DNA of 64,000 nucleotides from the NCBI GenBank assembly GCA_963575745.1, contig CAUYUJ010000203.1:1-64000 (forward strand), written 5' to 3'. This document shows positions 1-11,286 of the stretch, one piece after another; position 1 is the stretch's first letter; every line of letters starts with the position of its first letter. The translations under genes and the position numbers were made by a program. Below the pieces are notes generated by a model, which had not been told where the DNA came from, made no database searches, and saw nothing but the letters and a program-made list of their open reading frames with translations. The DNA is from Prorocentrum cordatum. Taxonomy: Eukaryota.

Positions 1-350
1 GCGGAGGAGGAGGAGGAAAGAGAAGACGAAAACCAAGACTCATAAGAAGAAACACACTAATACGAGGAGGAAGAGGAATACGAGGAGGAAGAGGAGGATG
101 AGGAGGAGGAAAGGGAGGAGAAGGAGGAGGAAGACGAAGACGAGGAGGTGGAGGAAGATGAGGAGGAGGAGGAAGAGGAGGAGGAGGAGGAGGAAGCCGA
201 GGAGGAAGAGAAGGCGGACAAGGAGGAGGAGGTGGAGGAGAAGGGGGAGGAGGCAGAGGCGGAGGCGGAGGCAGAGGCGGAGGCGGAGGCGGCGGCGTTG
301 GCGCAGGATAAGGAGGAGGGGGAGGAGGAGGAGCAGGAGCGGGAGCAGGT
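1..350. repeat. (GAG/GGA)n degenerate trinucleotide microsatellite
   Basis: Directly visible GAG-rich tract; gives poly-E/R/S pseudo-ORFs. Confidence 0.9.
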
Positions 351-556
351 CCTGCTTTTTTCTGCTGAGTTGGGGAATGAGGAGGATGGAACAGGACCAC
401 CTTCACTTCCACCCTCCTTCCCTCCCTCCCTCATTCATTCCCCCTCTCTCTCTGCCTCTTTCCCTCTCTCTATGTCTCATTCTTTCTTTCCCCCATCCCT
501 CTCTCTGCTGTCCCTCCCGTTTACTAGTGTACCTCCTCTCCCGAAGACAACCCCAG

Positions 557-607
557 GCGGACGACAAGAAGGACGACCAGACGCCCAGAGTGACGTATGT
601 CCCCGAG
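557..607 (+). CDS. Candidate host-gene exon (ADDKKDDQTPRVTYVPE)
   Basis: Pyrimidine-rich upstream, CAG|G acceptor, 51 nt phase 0, GAG|GC donor; non-repetitive coding-like island. Confidence 0.4.
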
Positions 608-1824
608 GCGGACGTGGCGCGTTCCAGGGCGAGAGGGCGCGCGGGACGACGACGAGAACGAGGAAGGGGAGGAGGAGTGTTCGAACAATGTTGCCTTTCT
701 GGGCCTCCAGGGGTGGCCCTCGTCACCACGCAGGGACGCAGCTCGAGAAGCGGGCCCCGGATGAGCGGATTTGGATGGCGACGACTACCCCGACGACCTT
801 CCCCCGTCCTCCTTTCCGCCCTCCCTCCCTTCCTCCCTCCCTCCTCGCGCTCCCTTCCCTTCCTCCTGTTCCTTCTCCTGCCTCCTTCTCCGCCTCCTCC
901 GGAAGGGAGGAATGCTCAGGGGGCCAACCCCGACCTTGCACAGACGAAGCGAGCCTGGCGACAGCCACGTCGACGCCCCGACCCCCCCCCCCCCGACCCC
1001 CCAGGCCCCCTCCGAGACCGTGCCGAGCCTTTCTCGATGTCCCGAGGCCCCTACCCCCGGAGCGGAGCTCCCTTCCCCGTGCTCTTGCCAGGGCACTCGC
1101 GAGTGCCCTGGCACGAGGACGGGGGCCTCTCTCTCTCTCTCTCTCGCGCTGCGAAGACGCGGGGGGCCGGCAGGGGAGCCGGAGCGGAGCATCGTTTGGT
1201 ATCTCTTGGAAGCGAGGGTGGTCAAAAGCGAGGTAGGTTTGTTTTCCCCCTATCCTCTGGATGGCGCTGGGCCGTTGAGGGCGATCGTCTTGGAACCATG
1301 GGCGGTTTGAGCCTCTTTGTGGCTCAAACCGCCCGAAGGACGAAGGACGAAGGACGAAGCGCCAGGGCGGCTTCCACCGAAGGACGAGGAGAGCGACACC
1401 GGCTGGCTGGCCGGACAGGACACTACGACGAAGACCAAGAACGGGGAGGGATAGGGAAGTGGAGGGAGAGAGAGAAAGGGGGAGGTAGTATGGGGATCCA
1501 CGTCAAAATTGTTGTACAGTTTGTTGCCCGCTCGACAGGACAATGTGGCACTCTAAACGAACATGTCGAAGTTGAGACCAAGCGATCATGAGCAGCGAAA
1601 CGGTCGTCGCCAACATTGGCGGACGAAAGTATTTATATGGAATCTTCACTAACCCCAACCCTCCGCCCCCCTGCTTCGCCTCATCAGCCATGCCCGCAGC
1701 TTCAGGGCCCCGGGCCTGGAATGGAGCGACCGCGCTCGTCGTGATTCCCCAATCAGAGCTTGCTTCTGTAGGGGTCCTAGCGGATATAAAGCTGAGGTGA
1801 GGTGGGCGGCCGATTTCGGTGGCC

Positions 1825-1908
1825 GGGGCCGGGTGCCCGGGTGCCCCGGTGCCCGGGGCCCGGGGGTGCCCGGGTGCCCCGGGGTGCCCGGGTGCCCGGG
1901 GGTGCCCA
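1825..1908. repeat. (CCCGGG[G]TG)n minisatellite
   Basis: Tandem 8-10 nt units visible. Confidence 0.85.
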
Positions 1909-2181
1909 ATAGCCCAGTAGCCCTATAGCCCTATAGCCCTATAGCCGTATAGCCTTATAGCCCTGTAGCCCTATAGCCTTATATCCCTATAGCCTTAATA
2001 GCCTTATATCCCTATAGCTCTATAGCCCCATAGCCCATATAGCTCTATAGCCCCATAGCCCTATAGCCCTATGGCCCTATAGGTCACAGTCCTATAGCCT
2101 TATAGCCCGATAGCCCTATAGCCCGATAGCCGTATAGCCCTATAGCCCAATAGCCCTATAGCCCAATAGCCCTGTAGCCCT
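1909..2181. repeat. (TAGCCCTA)n ~8-nt satellite, about 30 units
   Basis: Tandem degenerate TAGCCCTA/TAGCCTTA units. Confidence 0.9.
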
Positions 2182-2509
2182 AACAAAAATCGGATTGGGT
2201 TTTTTCTCCGGTATCATTTTATTCTCCACATGGTGTTTCGTACTCAGATTTCTTGCTTCTCCTCTAAGGAACTGCGTCTGGGTCTGTGCGTCGGTCTGGC
2301 GGCTATATCGTTGCCGTCGCCGTCCCGTCGCCGCCTTGTCGCCGCCCGTCGTCTAGGCCTGTGCGTCGGTCTGGCGGCTATGTCGTCTTCGTCGCCGCCC
2401 CGTCGCCGGCTCATATATGGTCCAGGGCTTGGGCCCCCCACCCCCCCCCATTGCTGATGCCATTGGGCCCCCCCCCCTCCCGCGCGATGGTCCCCCCCGC
2501 CCCCCCTTG

Positions 2510-2739
2510 TGGGCGTGGCGTGGTGCTGCGCTGCGGTGCCCCCCTCCCCCCCCCTGTGGATGTGGTGTGGTGCTGTGGTGGTTCAGAGGTGGGCGTGGCG
2601 TGGTGCTGCGCTGCGGTGCCCCCCTCCCCCCCCCTGTGGATGTGGTGTGGTGCTGTGGTGGTTCAGAGGTCGTCGTCGTCGTCGTCGTCGTCCTCGTCGT
2701 CCTCGTCGTCCTCGTCGTCGTCGTCATCATCGTCGTCGT

Positions 2740-2777
<38 letters not shown>

Positions 2778-2827
2778 TCGCCGCCGCCGCCGGCATCGTC
2801 GCCGCCGCAGCCGTCGTCGTCGTCGTG

Positions 2828-2859
<32 letters not shown>

Positions 2860-2912
2860 AGTCGTCGCCGTCGCCGTCGTCGCCGTCGTTGTCGTCGTGG
2901 TCGTCGTCGTCT
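2510..2912. repeat. ~80-bp tandem duplication followed by (GTC)n microsatellite
   Basis: gtgggcgtggcgtggtgctgcgctgcggtgcc...gttcagaggt occurs twice, then a GTC run. Confidence 0.85.
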
Positions 2913-4619
2913 CTGGGACCATACCATCTGGGGGTGGGTGGGAGGTGCCCGAGGAATCCTGGGACCATACCATCTGGGGGGGGGGGGGGGCGTGGGCGGC
3001 CCGGAGCCCGGGATCATATATTGCACAACTTGCGTAGATTGCACAACACAGGTTGCACAACATAGATAGCTGCAGTACAACACATATGTTCCGCATAACC
3101 TGTACCACGTCCATTACACCAAATTGATTGTGCGCCTCATGGATTGCACAACATGTGTCGCACACAATATATTTCTTCACGTACACTCTCCTTTGTAGAC
3201 AGGAATCTGGATCTCCCCCCTTGCCTTATCGGCTCTCTCTGGGGTAGTACGATTCACATGCGATTCTGCCCCATCGTTCGTTTTACATCTGAGTTCATAC
3301 CATCTCCGCCTGGCCCGGTCCCCCCGCCCTCAACCCTTGCAAAAAAGATCATGCGCTCGCATGCGTGAACCAAATGTGGAATTAATCGCTGGCAGACATG
3401 ACAGTCCACAGGCACAGGCGCGCGTCGTCCCGCGCGCATGCCGGAGTCCCCCAAACGGTGGGTTCCGCAGGGAGCTGTACACTCATGTAAAAAACCCGGG
3501 TGCTGCCGCCACATATTTTTTGAAAAAGGTATGCGCGCGCGCTCTTGCGAATTCCAACGAATCATCAAATGCGGCCAAGCGGGTCTCTCGCGCGCGCATG
3601 TCGAAATCATCCGAACGCCCGTGCGTGCTTGCTGGGGGGGGGGCACGAACCCTGCCAAATGATACCATGCGGGCCACTAGCACCCGTCGGCCGCGTGCGC
3701 ATGTCGAAATCCTTCCAACACCTTCGTCCCCGGCAATTGGACACCATCATCGTCATCGGCATGATCAGCATCGGTACCGTCACCGGCCTTGCCGTCTTCG
3801 TGGACATCTCCGTCACCAGCATCTCTACGTCACCATGATACCGCGCCCGCCCGAGTCACCGGTCCGCTCGTCGGCGCGGCCTGCGAAACGCGCTGGGATG
3901 TCCCCAGCGGTCAGCAGCACCGCTGCCGCATCGGTCGCACCAGACTCTCTGGCCGCTCTGCGCGCGAGCCTGAGCGCGCTGGCGCGGCCGCAGTGATGCG
4001 CCAGGCAGCGCGGAGCAGTCGTCGCAGTAGCCGCTGCAGGGATTGTGCAAATCAGGCTGGGGTGGGTGTTTGGGATGATTGCGCGAGGGGTGGAGTGGAC
4101 AGTTGTAAGTTCGGCAGGGCGAGTTGCACCTCAATTTTAGATAGCACCACAGAGATTGCGCCACATTATTCTGATTACAGATACAACCTACAGTATTCCA
4201 GATATATTGCACAACAGGGCTCGCACCGTATAGTCTGGTTGCACCACACAGGATCATCCACATAGAACGCACAACATTTACTGCGCAACGTCGATTACAC
4301 AACATACGTAGAGTTCATGCACACCGTAGATTACACCACATACATTGCACCACGTAGAGATTGCACAGCATATATTGCGACGCACATATTGCCCCCCCCC
4401 ACACACACACAGATCGCACAACACCCATTGCCCCGCATCGGTAGGACAACAAGCATTGCTAGACGCACAGCGTTTGGCGTTCACGATTGCTAGCGTTGTT
4501 TATTTCGACTGAATGCTTTCCTGTATATTCAAGTGTGCGCACACATGTGCATATCGAATGGCCTTCGGCCCATCCCGCCACAAGGCATGGCTCGCAGGTA
4601 TGAAGCCCATTGGATGTTT

Positions 4620-5160
4620 GCTGGGATCTCGTGGGGAGCCTCTCGCGGGCCCGTGGGACGCAGTTTGGAAGCCTCTTCGAGGCCGTGTCGGGGCCTCTCA
4701 GGGCGTCTTTTGGGCCTCTCGAAGGCCTCTTAGGGGCCTCTTGGGGACTTCTTGGGGCCTCGTGGGCGCCTCTTGGGGCCTCCTGGGAGCCGCTTGGGGC
4801 GGATCTTGGGGCGCTCTTGTGCCGTCTTTGGGCCTTCTTGGAGGCCTCTTGGGCCGGTTTGTGGTTGTCTTGGGGGCCGCCTGGGCCGTCCTGGAGCGTC
4901 GGAAAACCGTAAATGCGACAACGCCAGAATCCTTCAAACATCTTTGGACAATCAGTTCTTTTTGCCGCTTAAGGCCTTGTTGGGAGGCCACAAGGAGGCA
5001 TCGTGTGGCGTCTTGGAGGCCCAGAGGGCCGATGTGATGCCATTTTGGGCGTCTTGGGCCGATTTTTGGGCGTCTTGGGGCCCTCTTGGACCGCGCTTGG
5101 GGCCCTCTTGGCCCGTCTTGGGGCCCCCTTGGCCCGTCTTGGGGCCCCCTTGGGCCCGCA
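4620..5160. repeat. GGGCCTCTTGG-type dispersed satellite (also 8440-8990, 9720-10230, 10450-10750, 54640-54730; reverse orientation at 56630-57280)
   Basis: Recurrent degenerate ~10-11 nt units (ggggcctcttgg / ggccgtcttgg). Confidence 0.85.
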
Positions 5161-5949
5161 GAAATCATGTGAGAACACTTCTGGAAACCCAGGGCACGAG
5201 GAGCACCCAACTAAGTTTCGGAATTTTGGGCCCGGGCCCCTTACAGACCCTTCAGGACTGAGGACTGAGGGTTCGGGTATTGAAGCAGAGGACCTGATGA
5301 CACGCCCACTCCGTGTCCAGAGGCAAGGTGACGGATAAACATAATCGATATGCATATCTCACTATAGACGTACACATAGGTGCTCTCCCGTGTGCCAACG
5401 GAAGCGTATCCTCCTCTCATGCCTGACGTCTGTGGCCAGCTGGGCTCGGGTGCTCGGACGAGTTGCACAGCGGCTGGGCGCTGAGGCTGGTGCACCATCG
5501 ACGGCGCCGCGCGGCGGATCCGAGGAGAGTGTCTCCCTGGCGCCAGCGACGTCGGGGCGCGCCTCGCCCCCGCGCGCAGCGCAGGAGGAGCGCAGGAGGC
5601 GAGCGTCCGCGGGGGTCGGGGCCCCGAGCGGCCTTTCGGGACGGGGGCCCGGCCGCGGAGTCCCGTGGCCTTCGGCGCTGTCTTGAGCCCCCGCCTTCGG
5701 GTGGGCGCCGCCATGGCGGTCGGCCCCCTTGCACGCCCGTGAACCCCCCATCCTTCCGCCGCGGGCGGGGAGGGGGGCCCCAGGGCGCGGGAAGGGGGGA
5801 GTACGGATTCGAGTCCGCGCCCGCGTTGCTCTCGCGCGTGCGCGGTGCGGGGCGAGCGCAGGGCCATGGGCTTCCGAGGCTCGCGGCGCCCGGCGCGGGC
5901 CCCCCTCGCGCTGCCCGGAGAGAACCGCTGCGAGAGGGCGCGAGGAGGA

Positions 5950-6945
5950 AGCGTCATCGGCTCCGACGCTGGGAGCAGCGCCTGCGCCGCGGGAGGGCCG
6001 TGCCGCGGCGGCAGGCTTTGGCGCTAGTCAGCGCGCTGCGGGGAGGAGGAGCTGGAGACCAGCCTCAGCAGCTGCGGCGCCGGGAGCAGCGCCTGCGGGG
6101 TGAGAAGGGTGAGCCGCCGCAGCAGGCCCTGGTACCGCCCAGCTGGCGGCGGCAAGAGGGAGCTGGAAGCAAGCGTCATCGGGTACAAACTTGGTATCAG
6201 CGCTCGCGCCGCGGGACAGCCGAACCGCGGCGGTAGGGTTTGGCGTTGCTCAGCAAGCGGCGGTGAGCAGAAGTTGGAAACCAGCCCCCATAGCTGCAAC
6301 GCCGGGATCGACGCATGCTGCGCGAGAAGGATGGGCCGTCGCAGCAGGCCCCAGCTCTGCTCAGCGAGCGGCGGTGAGAGGGAGCTGCAAACCAGCGTCA
6401 TAGGCTACGGGACTGGGTCCAGCCCTTGCGTCGCGAGGTGGGCAAGCCATTACAGCAGGCCTTGGCGCTGCTCACCGAGTCGTGGCGAGGAGGAGCTGGA
6501 GACCAGCCTCAGCAGCTACAGCGCCGGGATCGGCGCCCGCGGTGCGAGAGGGATGAGCCGTCGCATCAGGTTCCGGCACCGCCCAGCGAGCTGCGGCATG
6601 AGGGTGCGAGGGACCAGCTTCATCGGCTACAACGCGGTTGCAGGTGAGGTGCTCTTCGACAGTTTCGTTCACGCGGGGGGGTTGACCTCCGTCCTGACGT
6701 GATGGCGGAGGACATCGAAGATGGCTTAGGCTGCGGAGTATTTTGTTCGATTCGTCCCTGGCATTCCTGTGACGCTCTTTGGTCATTTGTTCCTCGCCAT
6801 GTTCACTTTTCTTTTTTCAGGTTTAGCGGTCGTTCAGTTTTTCCTGATGTGCAGCTCGTGGGGGTCATCGGCTACAGCGCTGGGGTCAACGCCTGCGCCA
6901 CGGGGCGGCGGAGCCGCAGTGGCAGGCTTTGGCGCTGCTGGGCTG
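5950..6945 (+). pseudogene. Degenerate pentatricopeptide-repeat (PPR)-derived tandem array, 111-nt period
   Basis: Unit starts at 5950, 6061, 6172, 6283, 6394, 6505, 6616, plus an isolated unit near 6863. Units translate S-V-I-(G/S)-Y-x-A-G-I-S-A-C in one frame and Q-Q-A-L-A-L-L in a shifted frame, the two halves of the PPR consensus (VISYNAGISAC...WQQALALL). Confidence 0.7.
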
Positions 6946-7439
6946 TCCACGTCAAGGTGCCTGTGCCCCCGACGTTCGCTGCGTCTGGGTCGGGCCGCAG
7001 GATCCGCCTCCTCACCTGTGGTGCTTATCTCTGCTCACCTTCTCCCCCCTCCTCCTCCTCCTCCCTCCTCCTCCTCCTCCTCCTCCTCCTCCTCCTCCTC
7101 CTCCTCCTCCTCCTCCTCCTCCTCCTCCTCCTCCCTCCCCCTCCTCCTACTCCTCCTCCTTCTCCCCCTCCTCCCTCATCCCTCCTCTCTCCTCCCTCCT
7201 CCTTCCCCCTTCCTCCTCCTCCTCCTCCTCCTCCTCCTCCTCCTCCTCACCTTTGTGGTGTCTCACTCCCATCGCTGAAGTGGGGGCGTCAAGTTTTCTG
7301 GCAGCTGCAAGGGGCCCTGCGGAGCGCGCAGGGCTTTTGGAGCCGCCACCCGTAAGAGAGGCATCACCTCTATCCCCAATTTCTCTTTTTCCGCTATCGC
7401 ATCACTACTCTTCTCGCCCGTCCCTCTCTCTCCCCATCT

Positions 7440-7665
7440 CTGACCCTGCTGATCTGCGTGAGGGGTACCGCCGAATTTCAGACATGTGGCACATCCGACA
7501 GGTTTTTCGACCCTGACTCCGCCGATCTGCGTGAGGGGTGCCGCCGAATTTCAGACATGTGGCAAATCCCATCGGCTTTTCGACCTTGACTCCGCCTATC
7601 TGCATGAGGGGTGCCGCCGAATTTCAGAAATGTGGCAAATCCCATTGGTTTTTCGAGCCTGACCC
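7440..7665. repeat. ~73-bp tandem repeat, 3 copies
   Basis: atctgcgtgaggggtgccgccgaatttcagacatgtggc repeated three times. Confidence 0.85.
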
Positions 7666-7680
7666 CGTCGATCAGGTTGA

Positions 7681-8175
7681 TGGTTTTGGAGGCACGAATA
7701 TTGCAAACTTACGATGGTTTATGGTTTCGGACACGCGAAAATAATTTAATTCGCGAGGGTTCATGGCTTCGGGGACGCGAATATGGAGTAAGTTACGAAC
7801 GTTTGTGGCCTCGGGGACGTACGCATTGCGTAATTTACAAGGTTTGATGGCTCCGGGGACACGAACATGGTGCAAATTACAATGGCTTATGGTTTCGGAG
7901 ACGCGAACATCATGTAATTTACGAGGGCCTATGGCTTTGGGGTCGCGAATCTTGATTGATTTACGGGCGTTTGTGGCCTCGGGGACGCAAGCATTGCGTA
8001 ATTTACGAGGGTGTATTGCTTCGGTGACACGAGCATGGCGTAGTTTGAAATGGTTTCATGGCTTCGGGGACGCGACGATTATGACTTCGCGATGGCTTAT
8101 GGCCTCGGGGACACGAATCTTGTGCAATGTACGAGGTTTATGGTTTCGGGGGCGCGAATGTCATGTATTTTTACG
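7681..8175. repeat. ~42-bp minisatellite, about 12 divergent copies
   Basis: Units tgg(c/t)(t/c)tcggggac(g/a)cgaa...taatttacgagggttta start at about 7681, 7722, 7764, 7806, 7848, 7890, 7932, 7974 and onward. Confidence 0.9.
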
Positions 8176-11100
8176 TGTCCCAAGCCCCACCCAGGAATTC
8201 AGAGCACGCGACTCGGGCGTGGTAATCCAGACACGTTTCGGCTCCTATAGCTAGACATATACAGAGAGAGAGAGAACGAAAAACAGAGAGAGAGAGAGAG
8301 AGACATATGGAACAAAACAAGGGTTGGGCCGATGTCTTGCCAACTGATTGGGCCGTGTGTTCCCCTAGCCGTTGCGGAAACTTTTGGGGAATCATTGAGG
8401 GGGGAAGAGGAGGATGAGAAGATAGAGGGGAATGGGGGTTTCGTGTGGCGTCTCGGGGTCTTTTCGGGGCCTCTCGGGGCTCTCTTGGGGCCTCTTGGGG
8501 GGCTCTTGGATCATCTTGGGGCTCTCTTGGCCCGTTTGAGGCCTTCGGTGGCCGTCTTGGGGCTCTCTTGGGACGCCCGTGGTCCGTTTTGGAGACGACT
8601 TTGGCCGTACTGTGGCCTTCTTGGGTGGCTTTTCGGCAGTCTTGAGCCCCTCCTTGCCCGTCGTGGGACAGTCTTCGGAGCTGCTTGGGTTGTTCGGGGC
8701 CCGTCTTGGGGTCCTCTTGGGGGCCGCGTTGGCCGTATTGTTTCCAACTCTGATGCTTCTGAGGCCGTCTTCGGACGTTGGAAGCCCGAAACGGCGAGAC
8801 CGCAATCGTCAAACACACAATCGGACAGTCAATCTGTGTGGCCTCTTCGGGCCCTCCTGGAAGGCCTCCTGGATCCCTTGAGGGCCGTCTTGGAGCATCT
8901 GGGGCGAACTCGGAGGCCTCTTGGGATTTTGCTGGGCCGTCCTTGAGACCATGTTGGGCCGTCTCGGGCCCGCTTGGGCGCCGCTTTGGCCTCCCCGTGG
9001 AGGCCATCGCGAGGCCATGCTGGGCGGGTCGGCTGTCGGGACGCGAGTGTTTGATGGTTTGCGGGTGGTGGGCGGGATCGGCCGAGGCCCCTTTCTGGGA
9101 GTGTGCCAGAGGGGATCGGATCGAGCAGGCAAGATGTCCAGCAGGCCATGCACTCCTTGGCAAGCACAGGCGTCAAGGCTGCAAAGGGCTGATGGGCCTG
9201 TTTCCCACCACCAGCACCATAAGTTGGAGGGGGGAAAGAGGAGGAGTAGGAGTAGGAGGAGGAGGAGGAGGAGGAGGAGGAGGAGGAGGAGGACCCCCTC
9301 CCCCTCCAATACATGGTGGTGGTGGTGGTGGTGGAAAACAAGCCCATCAAGGGCGGCCAGTGAGTTGTGTTTTGGCCCAGCTGGGTACACAAAACAGTTG
9401 TTCCCCGGGGGCAGGCGGCCTCCGCGCGCTTGCACTCGGGCCGGAGGGCAGGCCCGCTCGGTTGCCGCTAGCTGCCCTCTGCAACCTTAGCAGGCACGGG
9501 GGGCCGGCCCCTCTCGGAGGCACCCGACGGCGGCGAGCAGCCTGTGTGGCCAGGCCTGGGGCCGAGGCCTCGCTCTGCTCTGCCGGGCAAGGGGTATCCT
9601 GGGCCGGGGTGGAAACCTTGGGGGAGAACCTGGGGATAGAAATAGAGGAGACGAGGGAGAAGGAGGATAAGGAGGAGGAGGAGGAGGAGGAGGAGGAGGA
9701 GGAGGAAGAAGAAGATGACGCCTCTTAGGGGGAATCTGAGGGCCTCTTGGGGGCCTCATGGGGCCTCTTGATGGCCTCTGGGGGCACATGAGGGACCGCT
9801 TCATCTCCGGAGGCCATCTTGTGGGCCCCACTTTGCCGTCTCTGGGGCATACTTGGGATGCGTTCGGGCCGTCTTGGTCGCTTTTTGGGCCAGCTTGGGG
9901 CCCTCTTCGGGCGGTCTTGAGTGCTTCTCGGGCCGTCTTGGGGCCCTCTTGGCCCGCCTTCTTGGGTGGCTTCTGGTGCCGTCTTGTGGCTATTTTGGAG
10001 GCCCATGGTGTCGCCTTCGGTTGTCGGAAGCTCGAGAGGCGAAAAAGGGAAACTTGACGGAATGTAAATGGTTTGCGCCTCCTGAAGGTGCTCCCGCAGC
10101 CCTCTTGGAGCGTCTTGGCGCCTCTTGGGGCGTCTCCCAGGTCATCGTGGACAGTCTTGGAGTCTTTAGATTTGGCCGTCCTGGGCTCTTTCAGGGCCAT
10201 CTCGGCTGCCTTGGAGGCGTCTTAGAGGCCAGCGCGGGCAGACTGGCCATCTTCAGCGTACGTACTTGTTCTCCGGTTCGCACGGCTCTTTCCGTATGGC
10301 TGCAGGGATTTTTGTCGGAAGGGTTTAAGACAGTCAACACATCTCGGCATGCCAAGCACCCTTGTGACAAGCACAAGGGGCGGCGAAGAGTGGCCTGCGG
10401 CTCATCCCGGCACTGCATTGTGCGTGGGTTCTGTGTCCTGGGCTGTGAGTCAGGGGCCTCTTGGACACCTGTTGGGATATCCTGGGGATCCTCTAGGACT
10501 TCACTCGGAAGCAGTTTTGAGGTGCACGGGGGCGTCTCCTCGTGAGACTCTTGGGGGCCTCTTGGCGAGTCGTTTGGCCGGGGGGAGGTTGTTTGTTTGC
10601 CTCGTGGGGCTTCTAGAGGATCTCTTGTGCCGCCGTGGGGTCATCTTGCACGTCTCGGAGTGCTTTGAAGATGTTTCTGGACGCTCTTGGAGCGTCTTCG
10701 GGGTGGGCGCCTCGGGGCCCTCTTGGCGCGTCTTTGGGCCCTCGGGCCTGAGGAAAAGCCACGCGGCAAGTTGCAAGCGGCACGCGCGGAAGATCCAGGA
10801 GCGCTTGGTGACGCCTGGCATTCGGGGCTGCGGGGCTCACAAAGGGCACGTGCACTATGCAATCTTCCATGCTACGTCGAGAGAACTCTCGGGGAGCTGA
10901 GGACCCTCCACTTCGTGCCTCGGGGCGCGGCGGTGGATACTGATACACGGTCAGGATCTGCTTGTTCTTCGCGTGTCCGCCGCCATTTCTGATCCACCAC
11001 GTCTCGCAGCGGCGCGCTGACCACCGTCCCGCCTCCGAGCGTAGGCAGTCCGAGCCGTGTCCCAGGTTCCGCCGCGCGGCGCGGAGCGACACGCCATCAG

Positions 11101-11186
11101 GTCGCTGGGCGTGGCGTGTCGCCGGGGCCGCCGCCGCGACGCGCCGAGCAGGCGTTCCCGACCGTGCACACGGCGCCCGAAGACAG

Positions 11187-11219
<33 letters not shown>

Positions 11220-11241
11220 GTGTGCGGGCCGCGCAGTGCAG

Positions 11242-11286
11242 GCGATGGCCGCGAAGCTCAAGGCCTTGATCGAGCACGCGCAGACG
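11242..11286 (+). CDS. Candidate host-gene exon (AMAAKLKALIEHAQT)
   Basis: CAG|G acceptor, 45 nt phase 0, strong donor ACG|GTAAGA; joins the next exon into a coherent helix. Confidence 0.55.

Noticed and set aside
57..1591. Long low-complexity ORFs (poly-E/R/S/P/V/D) here and throughout, e.g. 25485-26723, 39835-40721, 50253-51989, 55700-56422, 63073-63867
   Set aside because: They are translations of microsatellites and GC-rich repeats lacking stop codons; no domain signal.
1909..2181. Telomeric repeat or chromosome end
   Set aside because: The unit is TAGGGCTA, not TTTAGGG, and the array is internal.
5270..5327. Possible additional host exon (GSGIEAEDLMTRPLRVQR)
   Set aside because: Phase does not fit the neighbouring phase-0 exons and it sits at the end of a repeat block.
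7681..8175. Regular ~42-bp repeats resembling a CRISPR array
   Set aside because: The whole unit is homologous between copies (no unique spacers), repeats are degenerate, no cas genes, eukaryotic context.
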